A stretch of DNA of 52,846 bases from the IMG/VR virus record IMGVR_UViG_3300032083_000594, positions 1-52,846 of that record, one strand, 5' to 3'. Under the pieces are notes generated by a model, which was given only the letters and a program-made list of their open reading frames with translations, was not told where the DNA came from and searched no databases. Positions 1-6,758 of this stretch are shown here, in pieces. Each line of letters starts with the position of its first letter. Position 1 is the first letter of the stretch. The DNA is from a virus (taxonomy: Duplodnaviria; Caudoviricetes). The position numbers and the translations under genes are program-made.

Positions 1-76
1 AACAGTATGAATACACTGGAGACCATAGCGGCTTCTGTGACGGTATTGAAGATGAATACCTGGAAGAGATCAAGAA

Positions 77-256
77 GTGAGTAGAAGGATTGAGAGCCCG
101 GTGGTTTTAATTAACCACTGGCGCTGGCTCGAGGCCAACGGCTACAAGAAGGAAGCGGCAAGCTGCAAGCGTCAAGCCTCAAGCTTGACAAGATTAAGAT
201 ATAATGATATAGGAGACTATAGGAGAAAGAAATATGAAAACAAACGAAGCTCTTAA
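77..256 (+). CDS. small hypothetical protein (59 aa, not in ORF track)
   Basis: GTG start overlaps the TGA of an upstream partial ORF (GTGA at 77-80); reads MSRRIESPVVLINHWRWLEANGYKKEAASCKRQASSL... Confidence 0.45.
   Translation: MSRRIESPVVLINHWRWLEANGYKKEAASCKRQASSLTRLRYNDIGDYRRKKYENKRSS
152..186 (+). repeat. short tandem heptamer array (CAAGCNN)x5
   Basis: GAAGCGG CAAGCTG CAAGCGT CAAGCCT CAAGCTT read directly. Confidence 0.85.
185..213 (+). promoter_or_regulatory. putative sigma70-type promoter for the gp88-like gene
   Basis: TTGACA (185-190), 17 nt, TATAGG (208-213); AGGAG RBS before ATG 234. Confidence 0.5.
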
Positions 257-836
257 AATTATAGGCGGCTCCCTGAGCAAGCCTTCAAAGATGCCTGGCT
301 GGTCGATAGGTTTACCTGCCAAAGAATGCAAGACTGGCGTCAAGCTACAGCAGGTCCCGGGCTCAGTGTGTTATGACTGTTACGCGCTCAAAGGTTGTTA
401 CGTCTTCAAGGTTGTTCAGGATGCACAATACCGAAGACTGGAAGCTATCAAGAGCTCAGACTGGGTCCAGGCAATGGCTCACCTGATCAACAGCAAAAAG
501 CCTGATGTGTTTAGATGGCACGATTCAGGTGATGTACAAGATCTTAATCATCTTAAAAAAATTTATGAAGTCTGTAAATTGACACCTACAAAAAAGCATT
601 GGATGCCTACCCGTGAAGCGTGGATAAAGGACCATCTTCAGGACAAGCCAAACAATTTAGTCATACGATTTAGCGCGCCCATGGTGAACCAGCGGGCGCC
701 TCAGTCGTGGCCTAACAGCTCAGAGGTTGTCGACTCAGGGGCCAGCTGTCCAGCTGCTTCTCAAGACAACGAGTGTCGAGACTGTAGACAATGCTGGGAC
801 GCCACAATTAAAACAGTTTCATATGGTAAACATTAA
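234..836 (+). CDS. phage Gp88-like Cys-rich protein (putative Fe-S protein)
   Basis: N-terminal SKPSKMPG, CxxCYA, RWHDSGD and C-terminal CxxCxxCW...YxxH motifs typical of the phage gp88 family; good RBS. Confidence 0.75.
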   Translation: MKTNEALKIIGGSLSKPSKMPGWSIGLPAKECKTGVKLQQVPGSVCYDCYALKGCYVFKVVQDAQYRRLEAIKSSDWVQAMAHLINSKKPDVFRWHDSGDVQDLNHLKKIYEVCKLTPTKKHWMPTREAWIKDHLQDKPNNLVIRFSAPMVNQRAPQSWPNSSEVVDSGASCPAASQDNECRDCRQCWDATIKTVSYGKH

Positions 837-837
837 A

Positions 838-1092
838 ATGACTTTAGTTTTTAGACATCCAAAGTATTATAAAGAATTACGCAAGCGTAATAAATCGGAT
901 CAGGCCATTAGCTACGAGCACTCGACGGAGTCTGAAGGCGTGCGCCCTGGTCCGGGCCAACAGCATCAAGCTTCAAGCATCAAGCTTCAAGCGTCAAGCT
1001 CAAAGAGCCTCAAGCTTCAAGCGGCAAGCATCAAGCCCCAAGCAGCAAGCATCAAGCTTAAAGCCACAAGCGGCAAGCTCCATGATACGTGA
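838..1092 (+). CDS. hypothetical protein whose C-terminus is encoded by the heptamer array
   Basis: ATG 838 directly follows the gp88 stop; the low-complexity QASSIKLQASS tail comes from the repeats; overlaps a convergent gene. Confidence 0.4.
   Translation: MTLVFRHPKYYKELRKRNKSDQAISYEHSTESEGVRPGPGQQHQASSIKLQASSSKSLKLQAASIKPQAASIKLKATSGKLHDT
961..1080 (+). repeat. tandem heptamer array (CAAGCNN) of about 15 units
   Basis: CAAGCTT CAAGCAT CAAGCTT CAAGCGT ... CAAGCGG CAAGCAT CAAGCCC CAAGCAG CAAGCAT CAAGCTT ... CAAGCGG CAAGCTC. Confidence 0.9.
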
Positions 1093-1362
1093 ACCACGGA
1101 AAAGTTTCACGGTACCCGGACCGAGGGCCTCTGCTAAGATAAATGAGTTGTTAGGATGGCGTACATGAAACGCTATTTGGTGTGGTGAGAATCTAATTTT
1201 ATTCCCCTTGCATACCTTTAGTTCGACAGTGAAAAAGTGACCATTAGTATTATACCCCAATAGATCAGGAGTACCGGATAAGCTAAGGTTCTCAAGTCTG
1301 ATCCACGATATTTCAGGTATATATTTTTTAAGTTTTGCATATAATTTTTGTTCTGGTTTCAA
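1000..1362 (-). CDS. VRR-NUC-like PD-(D/E)XK nuclease / Holliday junction resolvase
   Basis: E near the N-terminus, GTPD, VELK and SPHQIAF motifs. Confidence 0.75.
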   Translation of the reverse strand: MKPEQKLYAKLKKYIPEISWIRLENLSLSGTPDLLGYNTNGHFFTVELKVCKGNKIRFSPHQIAFHVRHPNNSFILAEALGPGTVKLFRGSRIMELAACGFKLDACCLGLDACRLKLEAL

Positions 1363-1368
1363 GGGAAC

Positions 1369-1608
1369 TTAGTAGTCTCTTTGAAGTTTTTCTGGCAAGA
1401 TAAGACGAGAAGGTTTTTCTGTTTTCAAAACCAATCTATGTGCATTTCGACCCGGCTGACCAATGATTGGAACTGTATTTTCATGCACTTCCATTCTTCT
1501 AATCGCATGTAGCTTTCCATCTTTCTCTACATAGATAACTGCATTCTTAATAGCGTCAGAACCTTTTGTAAAATTACTCAAGAATAATTGCAAGTCTTGA
1601 ACTCTCAT
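1369..1608 (-). CDS. hypothetical protein
   Basis: 79 aa ORF, TAATG-coupled to the upstream gene. Confidence 0.7.
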   Translation of the reverse strand: MRVQDLQLFLSNFTKGSDAIKNAVIYVEKDGKLHAIRRMEVHENTVPIIGQPGRNAHRLVLKTEKPSRLILPEKLQRDY

Positions 1609-1820
1609 TAATCTTTTCGTTTTAACTTGTTAGATAAATCCTCTATCACTTTTTTATAACCTTGCAACAAATTTTCTTTGCTTTGATTTTTATACCAAAA
1701 TTTTTTCCAGAAGTAGATTTGCTTTTGGGCATCTCTTAAAATCTGTTGATAAAACTTAATAGTATTTTTTAAGCTATCAATTTGTTTGGTTAAATCTAAA
1801 TTTCCTCGATCATCTTTCAT
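1608..1820 (-). CDS. hypothetical coiled-coil protein (probably leaderless)
   Basis: ATG 1820 (or GTG 1823) lies immediately downstream of a promoter. Confidence 0.65.
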   Translation of the reverse strand: MKDDRGNLDLTKQIDSLKNTIKFYQQILRDAQKQIYFWKKFWYKNQSKENLLQGYKKVIEDLSNKLKRKD

Positions 1821-1823
1821 CAC

Positions 1824-1857
1824 TTGACAATATAGGATAGTTCCCTTAAATTGTCAA
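1824..1857. promoter_or_regulatory. overlapping divergent promoter pair
   Basis: + strand: TTGACA 1824-1829, N17, TAAATT 1847-1852; - strand: TTGACA 1857-1852, N17, TATATT 1834-1829. Confidence 0.75.
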
Positions 1858-1858
1858 T

Positions 1859-2383
1859 ATGGGAGTACCAAAAAGATTAACAGAAATGCAACAAAGATTT
1901 GCTGAGTTTTTAGTCTTCGGAGGACCTGAAGGTCCTATGACTAAACGTGAGGCAGCGATAGCTGCTGGGTATAGCAAAGACAGAGCAATGCGTGAAGGAT
2001 CAGAACTAACCAACCCAAAATATTCTCCACTTGTTGTAAAATATATTGGTGAACTAAAAGAAGAAAGACTTAGAAAACATGAAGTGACTTATGAAGGTCA
2101 CGTTGCTGAGCTTGCAAGACTTAGAGAGGCCGCTTTAAAAAAAGGATCATTCTCTTCTGCAGTGAACGCGGAAGCAAACAGAGGAAAAGCAGCAGGATTA
2201 TACATAGATAGGAAAATAATAAAAACAGGAAAACTAGAGGACCTATCAGAACAAGAGCTAGAAGCAAAAATGAAACAGATTTTAGACGACTACTCACAGA
2301 TAATAAATGTAACTCCGACACCTATAGCTTCTGAATCTTCTTTACCCAATCACGAGGAATCATCGTCCGATCCCCAAAAGTAA
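1859..2383 (+). CDS. terS: terminase small subunit
   Basis: LTxMQxxF...AAIAAGYS HTH signature, then a helical oligomerisation region with AVNAEANRGKAAGLY. Confidence 0.8.
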   Translation: MGVPKRLTEMQQRFAEFLVFGGPEGPMTKREAAIAAGYSKDRAMREGSELTNPKYSPLVVKYIGELKEERLRKHEVTYEGHVAELARLREAALKKGSFSSAVNAEANRGKAAGLYIDRKIIKTGKLEDLSEQELEAKMKQILDDYSQIINVTPTPIASESSLPNHEESSSDPQK

Positions 2384-2609
2384 AACTACCATCATCTTCT
2401 CTATCGTAAGAGGCAAATAATTTAATTGATTTTTTATCTTTAGAATATAACCAACCCTCATTGACAGGTCTTGCTAACTTCATTTTGTCAAATTCTTTGT
2501 CGGTAGCCCAGCCCGAATCGCTCACACAATCGATCCACTCCACCCGGACTTTTGGATAAGGTATGTCGGGAGTTATTGAGGCAACAGCTTTTCTTCTTTT
2601 CCTAGGCAT
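2322..2609 (-). CDS. conserved phage hypothetical protein
   Basis: VxVEWxDxxSDSGW...GWL...IPxxWV pattern; convergent overlap with terS. Confidence 0.7.
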   Translation of the reverse strand: MPRKRRKAVASITPDIPYPKVRVEWIDCVSDSGWATDKEFDKMKLARPVNEGWLYSKDKKSIKLFASYDREDDGSFTFGDRTMIPRDWVKKIQKL

Positions 2610-2619
2610 AAACTTTTTT

Positions 2620-2910
2620 ACTCTTTCGACACCTAAATAACAATTTATTTTTTTCTTGCGCTAAAATAAAAAAAAAGTGAAAAGGTATCGCAAATGCCCA
2701 AAATGACCTATAAGCGTTGGTACATAAGGCTAATTTTTCGACACCCCCCCCCTCGCAAGGGTATCGCAAGGGTGTCGCAAGTGTCGAAAATAGTGGCCAA
2801 AATGTGGCAAATTGTACACTTATGTCGCATTTTTTTAGAATCATTCTAATCTAGGTGTCGAATTCGACACCCCCCCGATACCCTGCCGACACCCTTGCGA
2901 TACTTCAATC
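2620..2910. repeat. palindrome/iteron-rich non-coding locus (candidate replication origin or pac site)
   Basis: Perfect palindrome GGTGTCGAATTCGACACC 2854-2871; 17-bp inverted repeat 2761-2777/2887-2903; TTTTCGACAC 2735-2744/GTGTCGAAAA 2781-2790; TTAGAAT-C-ATTCTAA 2835-2849; adjacent A/T tracts. Confidence 0.7.
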
Positions 2911-2959
2911 TCCTGGATAATATACATGATAATCCTATATTTAGGACAGTATTGTTGAC

Positions 2960-3187
2960 CTATAATACCTGTTTTTCTGCCTCTTTTTTGCCATAATATT
3001 TCCTCATTACAGCCACTTTGTCCTCAGCTTCAGCAATAATTTGTAATAATTTATCAACCTCACCTGTAATATCTATATGTTCAGGTATAATTATATTATT
3101 CTCATTGAAAGATTTTATCTTATATCTTGCATCTTCGATATCTGCTTCATACTTCTTTAGAAGTGTTCTAAATAACATATCGTTCAT
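2960..3187 (-). CDS. hypothetical helical protein
   Basis: ORF with an ATGA overlap at 3184-3187 (alternative start 3193). Confidence 0.7.
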   Translation of the reverse strand: MNDMLFRTLLKKYEADIEDARYKIKSFNENNIIIPEHIDITGEVDKLLQIIAEAEDKVAVMRKYYGKKEAEKQVL

Positions 3188-3288
3188 TTCCATCTCCTCA
3201 TTATAATATTTCTATTTTCATCTTCGTACATGATCCATGATTTCTTACCATCAAAATAATAACCATGTATTTTTCTTTTTACTTTCAT
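3184..3288 (-). CDS. small hypothetical protein (34 aa, not in track)
   Basis: AGGAGG RBS; ATGA overlaps at both ends; MKVKRKIHGYYFDGKKSWIMYEDENRNIIMRRWK. Confidence 0.6.
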   Translation of the reverse strand: MKVKRKIHGYYFDGKKSWIMYEDENRNIIMRRWK

Positions 3289-4064
3289 ATATCCTCCTTT
3301 TTATTTTTAAAGTCTTCTGCTTTCATTGGTGTTGTTCTCTCTTTTTCATCATGTTTTAATTCATGATACATATCTAATCTTTTTAAAAATTTATGTTTCC
3401 ATTTACGAAGTTCTGCACCTTCAACTTTGAATTCTTGATAATATAAATCAGGAGTACAAATCATTATAACCCCTTGTTTTATTTGACTATTATGTACATA
3501 GTCATGGGCCATGCAGTATGCAGCAATCTGCATAAAGTAATCTTCAATCCAATCTTCTCTTTTTGGTCTATTTGATTGTTTAAAATCTACAACAGTATCT
3601 TTGCCATTATGTACGCAAACCAAGTCAGTAGACCCAGCGTATAACCCAGGATAATACAATGTGACTTCCGAGCCGTAATACTCTTCCACCGGTGCAAGAC
3701 CGATCTCAATAACTTTATCGGCCATGGCTTTCGCCTTCTGTCCGAGTTCTGTAAGATCATCGTAGCCAGTTCCGAGAACATAATGTTCGAGGAATTTGTG
3801 CATGGCAGTCCCCCGCCTACTACTAAGATTCTTGATTCGTTCTGCTTCTTGCTCTCCAACTTTAGCCGTCCAGTTTTTTAAAAATTGTTGATCTTTGGTA
3901 GCGCCTAATATCGTAGTTACACTAGGAAGTCTAGAACCATTTACATCATAGAGCCGTGTTCCGTGGTCCTCGATCCGTGAGGCATCGACGTAGGTATACT
4001 TACCATTGTGCTTGATCGCTTTACCAATGTTATGGTATTCTTTTATATCTTCATCACTCATCAT
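3285..4064 (-). CDS. PD-(D/E)XK exonuclease
   Basis: PSVTTIL, RGTAMH, E-x-x-L, YAGSTD, VDFK and QIAAY motifs. Confidence 0.85.
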   Translation of the reverse strand: MMSDEDIKEYHNIGKAIKHNGKYTYVDASRIEDHGTRLYDVNGSRLPSVTTILGATKDQQFLKNWTAKVGEQEAERIKNLSSRRGTAMHKFLEHYVLGTGYDDLTELGQKAKAMADKVIEIGLAPVEEYYGSEVTLYYPGLYAGSTDLVCVHNGKDTVVDFKQSNRPKREDWIEDYFMQIAAYCMAHDYVHNSQIKQGVIMICTPDLYYQEFKVEGAELRKWKHKFLKRLDMYHELKHDEKERTTPMKAEDFKNKKEDI

Positions 4065-4152
4065 TTTTTAAAACATAATTATTAATTACATACCAGGTAA
4101 TCAAAGCCCCTATCAACAAAACACCCATACCTACAAAAAATAAACCTATCAT
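4054..4152 (-). CDS. small membrane protein (32 aa, not in track)
   Basis: MIGLFFVGMGVLLIGALITWYVINNYVLKNDE; one TM helix; fills the gap between coupled genes. Confidence 0.55.
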   Translation of the reverse strand: MIGLFFVGMGVLLIGALITWYVINNYVLKNDE

Positions 4153-4331
4153 AATTTTTTCTTTAGCTCTTCAAGATAGGCACTATTTTCTTGGTGTCTA
4201 ATTAATTCTTCCATCTCTTTATTTTGTTTAGCTCTAAGAATCTTAGCATGTTTACACCAAGCCCAAGAATTAATCTGTCCACTCCATCTCATAATAAAAT
4301 GTAATCCTTCGTATATATATTTATCAAACAT
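4149..4331 (-). CDS. hypothetical protein
   Basis: 60 aa ORF, TAATG-coupled. Confidence 0.6.
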   Translation of the reverse strand: MFDKYIYEGLHFIMRWSGQINSWAWCKHAKILRAKQNKEMEELIRHQENSAYLEELKKKL

Positions 4332-4768
4332 TATTCTAAACTCATTGCTTGTTTATATTCATCTAATGATATTATTTTACCATTCATAACGGTGCCTTGA
4401 TAGTGTTCTAATACTTGATTGATCTTTGGTAACTTAGTATGCGCCCAAGGCCAAATCAAACAACACACATAGTATGCATCTCTAAATGTACAACGCCATC
4501 TATATTGCATCAAGTATTTAGTTCCATCAACACGTTTACCTTTTCTAGGTTTTTTATTTAACGTACCAACACCTAATACTTCATGGACCCACAACAACAC
4601 AGATTCATCTGTCATCGTGATCTCCATCGATAGTCGTAAACTATTTGATATACGATACCCTGGTTTACCTTTGTGTCTTTTTTTCTTTTCTGGTGCTCTT
4701 TTAAAATGAATACTACCCTCACCATCAAAGAGTCCTGCAATATATGCTTTGTCTGTATCTGGAATCAT
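4331..4768 (-). CDS. single-motif LAGLIDADG endonuclease-family protein
   Basis: DKAYIAGLFDGEGSI motif; ITMTD, GVG and YRW elements of the LAGLIDADG fold. Confidence 0.8.
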   Translation of the reverse strand: MIPDTDKAYIAGLFDGEGSIHFKRAPEKKKRHKGKPGYRISNSLRLSMEITMTDESVLLWVHEVLGVGTLNKKPRKGKRVDGTKYLMQYRWRCTFRDAYYVCCLIWPWAHTKLPKINQVLEHYQGTVMNGKIISLDEYKQAMSLE

Positions 4769-4890
4769 TTTTTATCTCCAGTTATAACCCATCTTACTAT
4801 TGACGTTGTTGGATCAAATCCTTCAAACTTTGTGCTAGTGCAGGCTGTCAGAAGTACCATCATCAATCCAACCCATATCATCGACTTCAT
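4765..4890 (-). CDS. small lipoprotein (41 aa, not in track)
   Basis: MKSMIWVGLMMVLLTA-C with lipobox LTAC; GAAGGGG RBS; ATGA overlap with the LAGLIDADG gene. Confidence 0.6.
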   Translation of the reverse strand: MKSMIWVGLMMVLLTACTSTKFEGFDPTTSIVRWVITGDKK

Positions 4891-5026
4891 AAAATTCCCC
4901 TTCCGAGTCACAGTCCCAGCACTGATGTACTTGGTCCTTTCCCTCTGTTGCTACTTTTAAATATCCATTGCCCTTACACGTTGGGCAAATAGTTATTGTA
5001 ACTTTAGCTTTTTTTAATTTTTCCAT
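4835..5026 (-). CDS. DnaJ-type zinc-finger small protein
   Basis: CPTCKGNG ... CWDCDSEG. Confidence 0.7.
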   Translation of the reverse strand: MEKLKKAKVTITICPTCKGNGYLKVATEGKDQVHQCWDCDSEGEFYEVDDMGWIDDGTSDSLH

Positions 5027-5177
5027 TTAATTTCTTTGCTTTCTCGTTTGCTATTGACTCAATTGTTTTACTTATAGATAATTTTGCATCGGGCAATAAT
5101 ATCTTTGATAACTTATCTAATGTAGCGTATGTTTCTTTTGTTAGAGAAACATTTTTATACTTTGTCATGTCTGTCAT
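5004..5177 (-). CDS. small putative ribbon-helix-helix DNA-binding protein (57 aa, not in track)
   Basis: MTDMTKYKNVSLTKETYATLDKLSK...SISKTIESI has a beta-helix-helix pattern; AAGGA RBS; upstream TTGACA at 5234-5229. Confidence 0.6.
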   Translation of the reverse strand: MTDMTKYKNVSLTKETYATLDKLSKILLPDAKLSISKTIESIANEKAKKLNGKIKKS

Positions 5178-5233
5178 AACTTGTTTCCTTTCATATTAAT
5201 AACTCATATATAGGTGATAATATAGGATTGTCA

Positions 5234-5446
5234 ATGAAATTTTTGTTAAGTTTAATAATTTGTTCAAGTGTTGCAGGTGAATGTATGCCACCTTTTGATT
5301 GGCAAGAAACATTTAGAAGTAAGTATGATTGTATGACTTTTGGTTATGAAGAATCTCTTAATAAAATGAAAGAAATAGGTAGAGAAGATGTTGATAAATA
5401 TGGCATGTATATTAAGTTTTATTGCACACCTATAGAGATGATTTGA
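5234..5446 (+). CDS. small Cys-containing protein with hydrophobic N-terminus
   Basis: MKFLLSLIICSSVAGEC...DC...KFYC; ATG 5234 preferred over TTG 5228. Confidence 0.65.
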   Translation: MKFLLSLIICSSVAGECMPPFDWQETFRSKYDCMTFGYEESLNKMKEIGREDVDKYGMYIKFYCTPIEMI

Positions 5447-5466
5447 CAATGTGTCTAAATTGTGTT

Positions 5467-5526
5467 ATGGCGAGAGTAATTTCTCACCATTACCTACCCT
5501 TATTTTTTTCCCTCTTTAGGGTAGGT
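5467..5526. terminator. two tandem hairpins between convergent genes
   Basis: ACCTACCCT 5492-5500 / AGGGTAGGT 5518-5526; ATGGCGAGA 5467-5475 / TCTCACCAT 5482-5490. Confidence 0.5.
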
Positions 5527-5736
5527 CTATCTACACATACAGCCAACTAAACTACCACTACCATCATTCATGATGTGTAGGTTTAGTGTGTCGACGTATC
5601 CTGTTAATTTTAGTCTTAGTATCTCGCACAACTCAAAGCAATCGACTTTGGTTAACAACTCTATACCTTCTAACAGTTTATCTGTTACGGGTATCAGCTG
5701 ATACAGTCCGTCGTTTAGTATTATTAGATCCATCAT
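5527..5736 (-). CDS. hypothetical protein
   Basis: 69 aa ORF, Cys-containing. Confidence 0.6.
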   Translation of the reverse strand: MMDLIILNDGLYQLIPVTDKLLEGIELLTKVDCFELCEILRLKLTGYVDTLNLHIMNDGSGSLVGCMCR

Positions 5737-5905
5737 GTACCTTTGTTCCGTGATTCAAAACATTTTTTAATCCTGATGCTTTCATAGTTATGTCAACACC
5801 ATAAGACTTCCATGCTTGTTTCATTAAGTTAAGTTCTAACAACAGACTAGACCACTGGCCTTGTGCTGCACCTTCTACTTTTATTGTTACTATTTTTTCT
5901 TTCAT
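5678..5905 (-). CDS. hypothetical protein (probably leaderless)
   Basis: 75 aa ORF; promoter TTGACA 5939-5934, N16, TACATT 5917-5912 places +1 at the ATG. Confidence 0.65.
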   Translation of the reverse strand: MKEKIVTIKVEGAAQGQWSSLLLELNLMKQAWKSYGVDITMKASGLKNVLNHGTKVHDGSNNTKRRTVSADTRNR

Positions 5906-5935
5906 ATCTACAATGTAGGATTTTATATGATTATG

Positions 5936-6064
5936 TCAACCTTTCTTTTGATTTTTTTGTTGACGTTTTTCGTGTTTATTTCTTGACTTTTTGTGACGCC
6001 CCGGTCGTTTTTTAGGTTTATCACGAGGAGCTGTGTTTATACCAAATTTAGTTTTCTTTGCCAT
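5936..6064 (-). CDS. very basic small protein (42 aa, not in track)
   Basis: MAKKTKFGINTAPRDKPKKRPGRHKKSRNKHEKRQQKNQKKG; TAATG-coupled. Confidence 0.6.
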   Translation of the reverse strand: MAKKTKFGINTAPRDKPKKRPGRHKKSRNKHEKRQQKNQKKG

Positions 6065-6270
6065 TACTCATTCCACTCTTTTACAAACACATTCATATCT
6101 GCAGGTTTATTTACATGTGGTAAATAACTTATCTTACCATTTATATGTTGTTCTAAATCAGAACCACAATTCATACATCTATATAATTCTTTTGTAAGTC
6201 CAACTAACATTGTATATTCATCGCAAGTAGGACACTTACCATTAACTATTTCTGCTGTAATTTTAACCAT
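6064..6270 (-). CDS. zinc-ribbon protein
   Basis: CPTC ... CMNC. Confidence 0.7.
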   Translation of the reverse strand: MVKITAEIVNGKCPTCDEYTMLVGLTKELYRCMNCGSDLEQHINGKISYLPHVNKPADMNVFVKEWNE

Positions 6271-6373
6271 TATATTTTTTTCTATCGTATGCTTTCTTAT
6301 TCTTTATCACTTTATTTTTAAAATGTCTAAGTTGTTTTGCAACAGGATTTCTTTTCTTATTTGCTTTCTTCAT
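6263..6373 (-). CDS. small basic protein (36 aa, not in track)
   Basis: MKKANKKRNPVAKQLRHFKNKVIKNKKAYDRKKYNG; TAATG-coupled. Confidence 0.6.
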   Translation of the reverse strand: MKKANKKRNPVAKQLRHFKNKVIKNKKAYDRKKYNG

Positions 6374-6591
6374 TACTCTAATATAAGCTTCTTGATCGAT
6401 AAACTTCCATCAATATTTTGCTCTAATTCCGCCATAGATTTTATGCACTGGTACTTGACATGTCCATCAGGTTTTAACTGACGTTTAGCTACACGTGCCC
6501 CTTTGAGACATTCAGACATCGACGGCTGGATACGTGCTTCCTTGATCTCTCCCTGTACAATCATAAGTAGGGCTACCACTAACTCTGTCAT
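6373..6591 (-). CDS. hypothetical protein with hydrophobic N-terminus
   Basis: 72 aa; VVALLMIV; EC...KYQC. Confidence 0.65.
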   Translation of the reverse strand: MTELVVALLMIVQGEIKEARIQPSMSECLKGARVAKRQLKPDGHVKYQCIKSMAELEQNIDGSLSIKKLILE

Positions 6592-6758
6592 ACTGTCTTA
6601 CCTTTGTTTATTCCTTGCTTTAACACATACTTTTGTGTACCATTCTTGCCAGTTTCAACTTCTTTTTTTAAATTTTTTACATAACTCATTTGTTTAGCTT
6701 TCTTTTCCATCGATTCGATGTAATCTATAATTTGTCTATTGATGCGTCCCGTTGCCAT
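6588..6758 (-). CDS. small hypothetical protein (56 aa, not in track)
   Basis: MATGRINRQIIDYIESMEKKAKQM...; ATGA overlap with the downstream gene. Confidence 0.55.
   Translation of the reverse strand: MATGRINRQIIDYIESMEKKAKQMSYVKNLKKEVETGKNGTQKYVLKQGINKGKTV

Noticed and set aside
961-1080. Heptamer array as a CRISPR or mini-array
   Set aside because: The units are 7 bp with no unique spacers, and no cas genes are present.
2602-2844. 80-aa minus-strand ORF
   Set aside because: It runs through the palindromic repeat locus, has no RBS and has atypical composition; it is probably a chance ORF.
4149-4900. Group I intron around the LAGLIDADG gene
   Set aside because: The flanks are fully occupied by coupled ORFs, and no interrupted host gene is evident.
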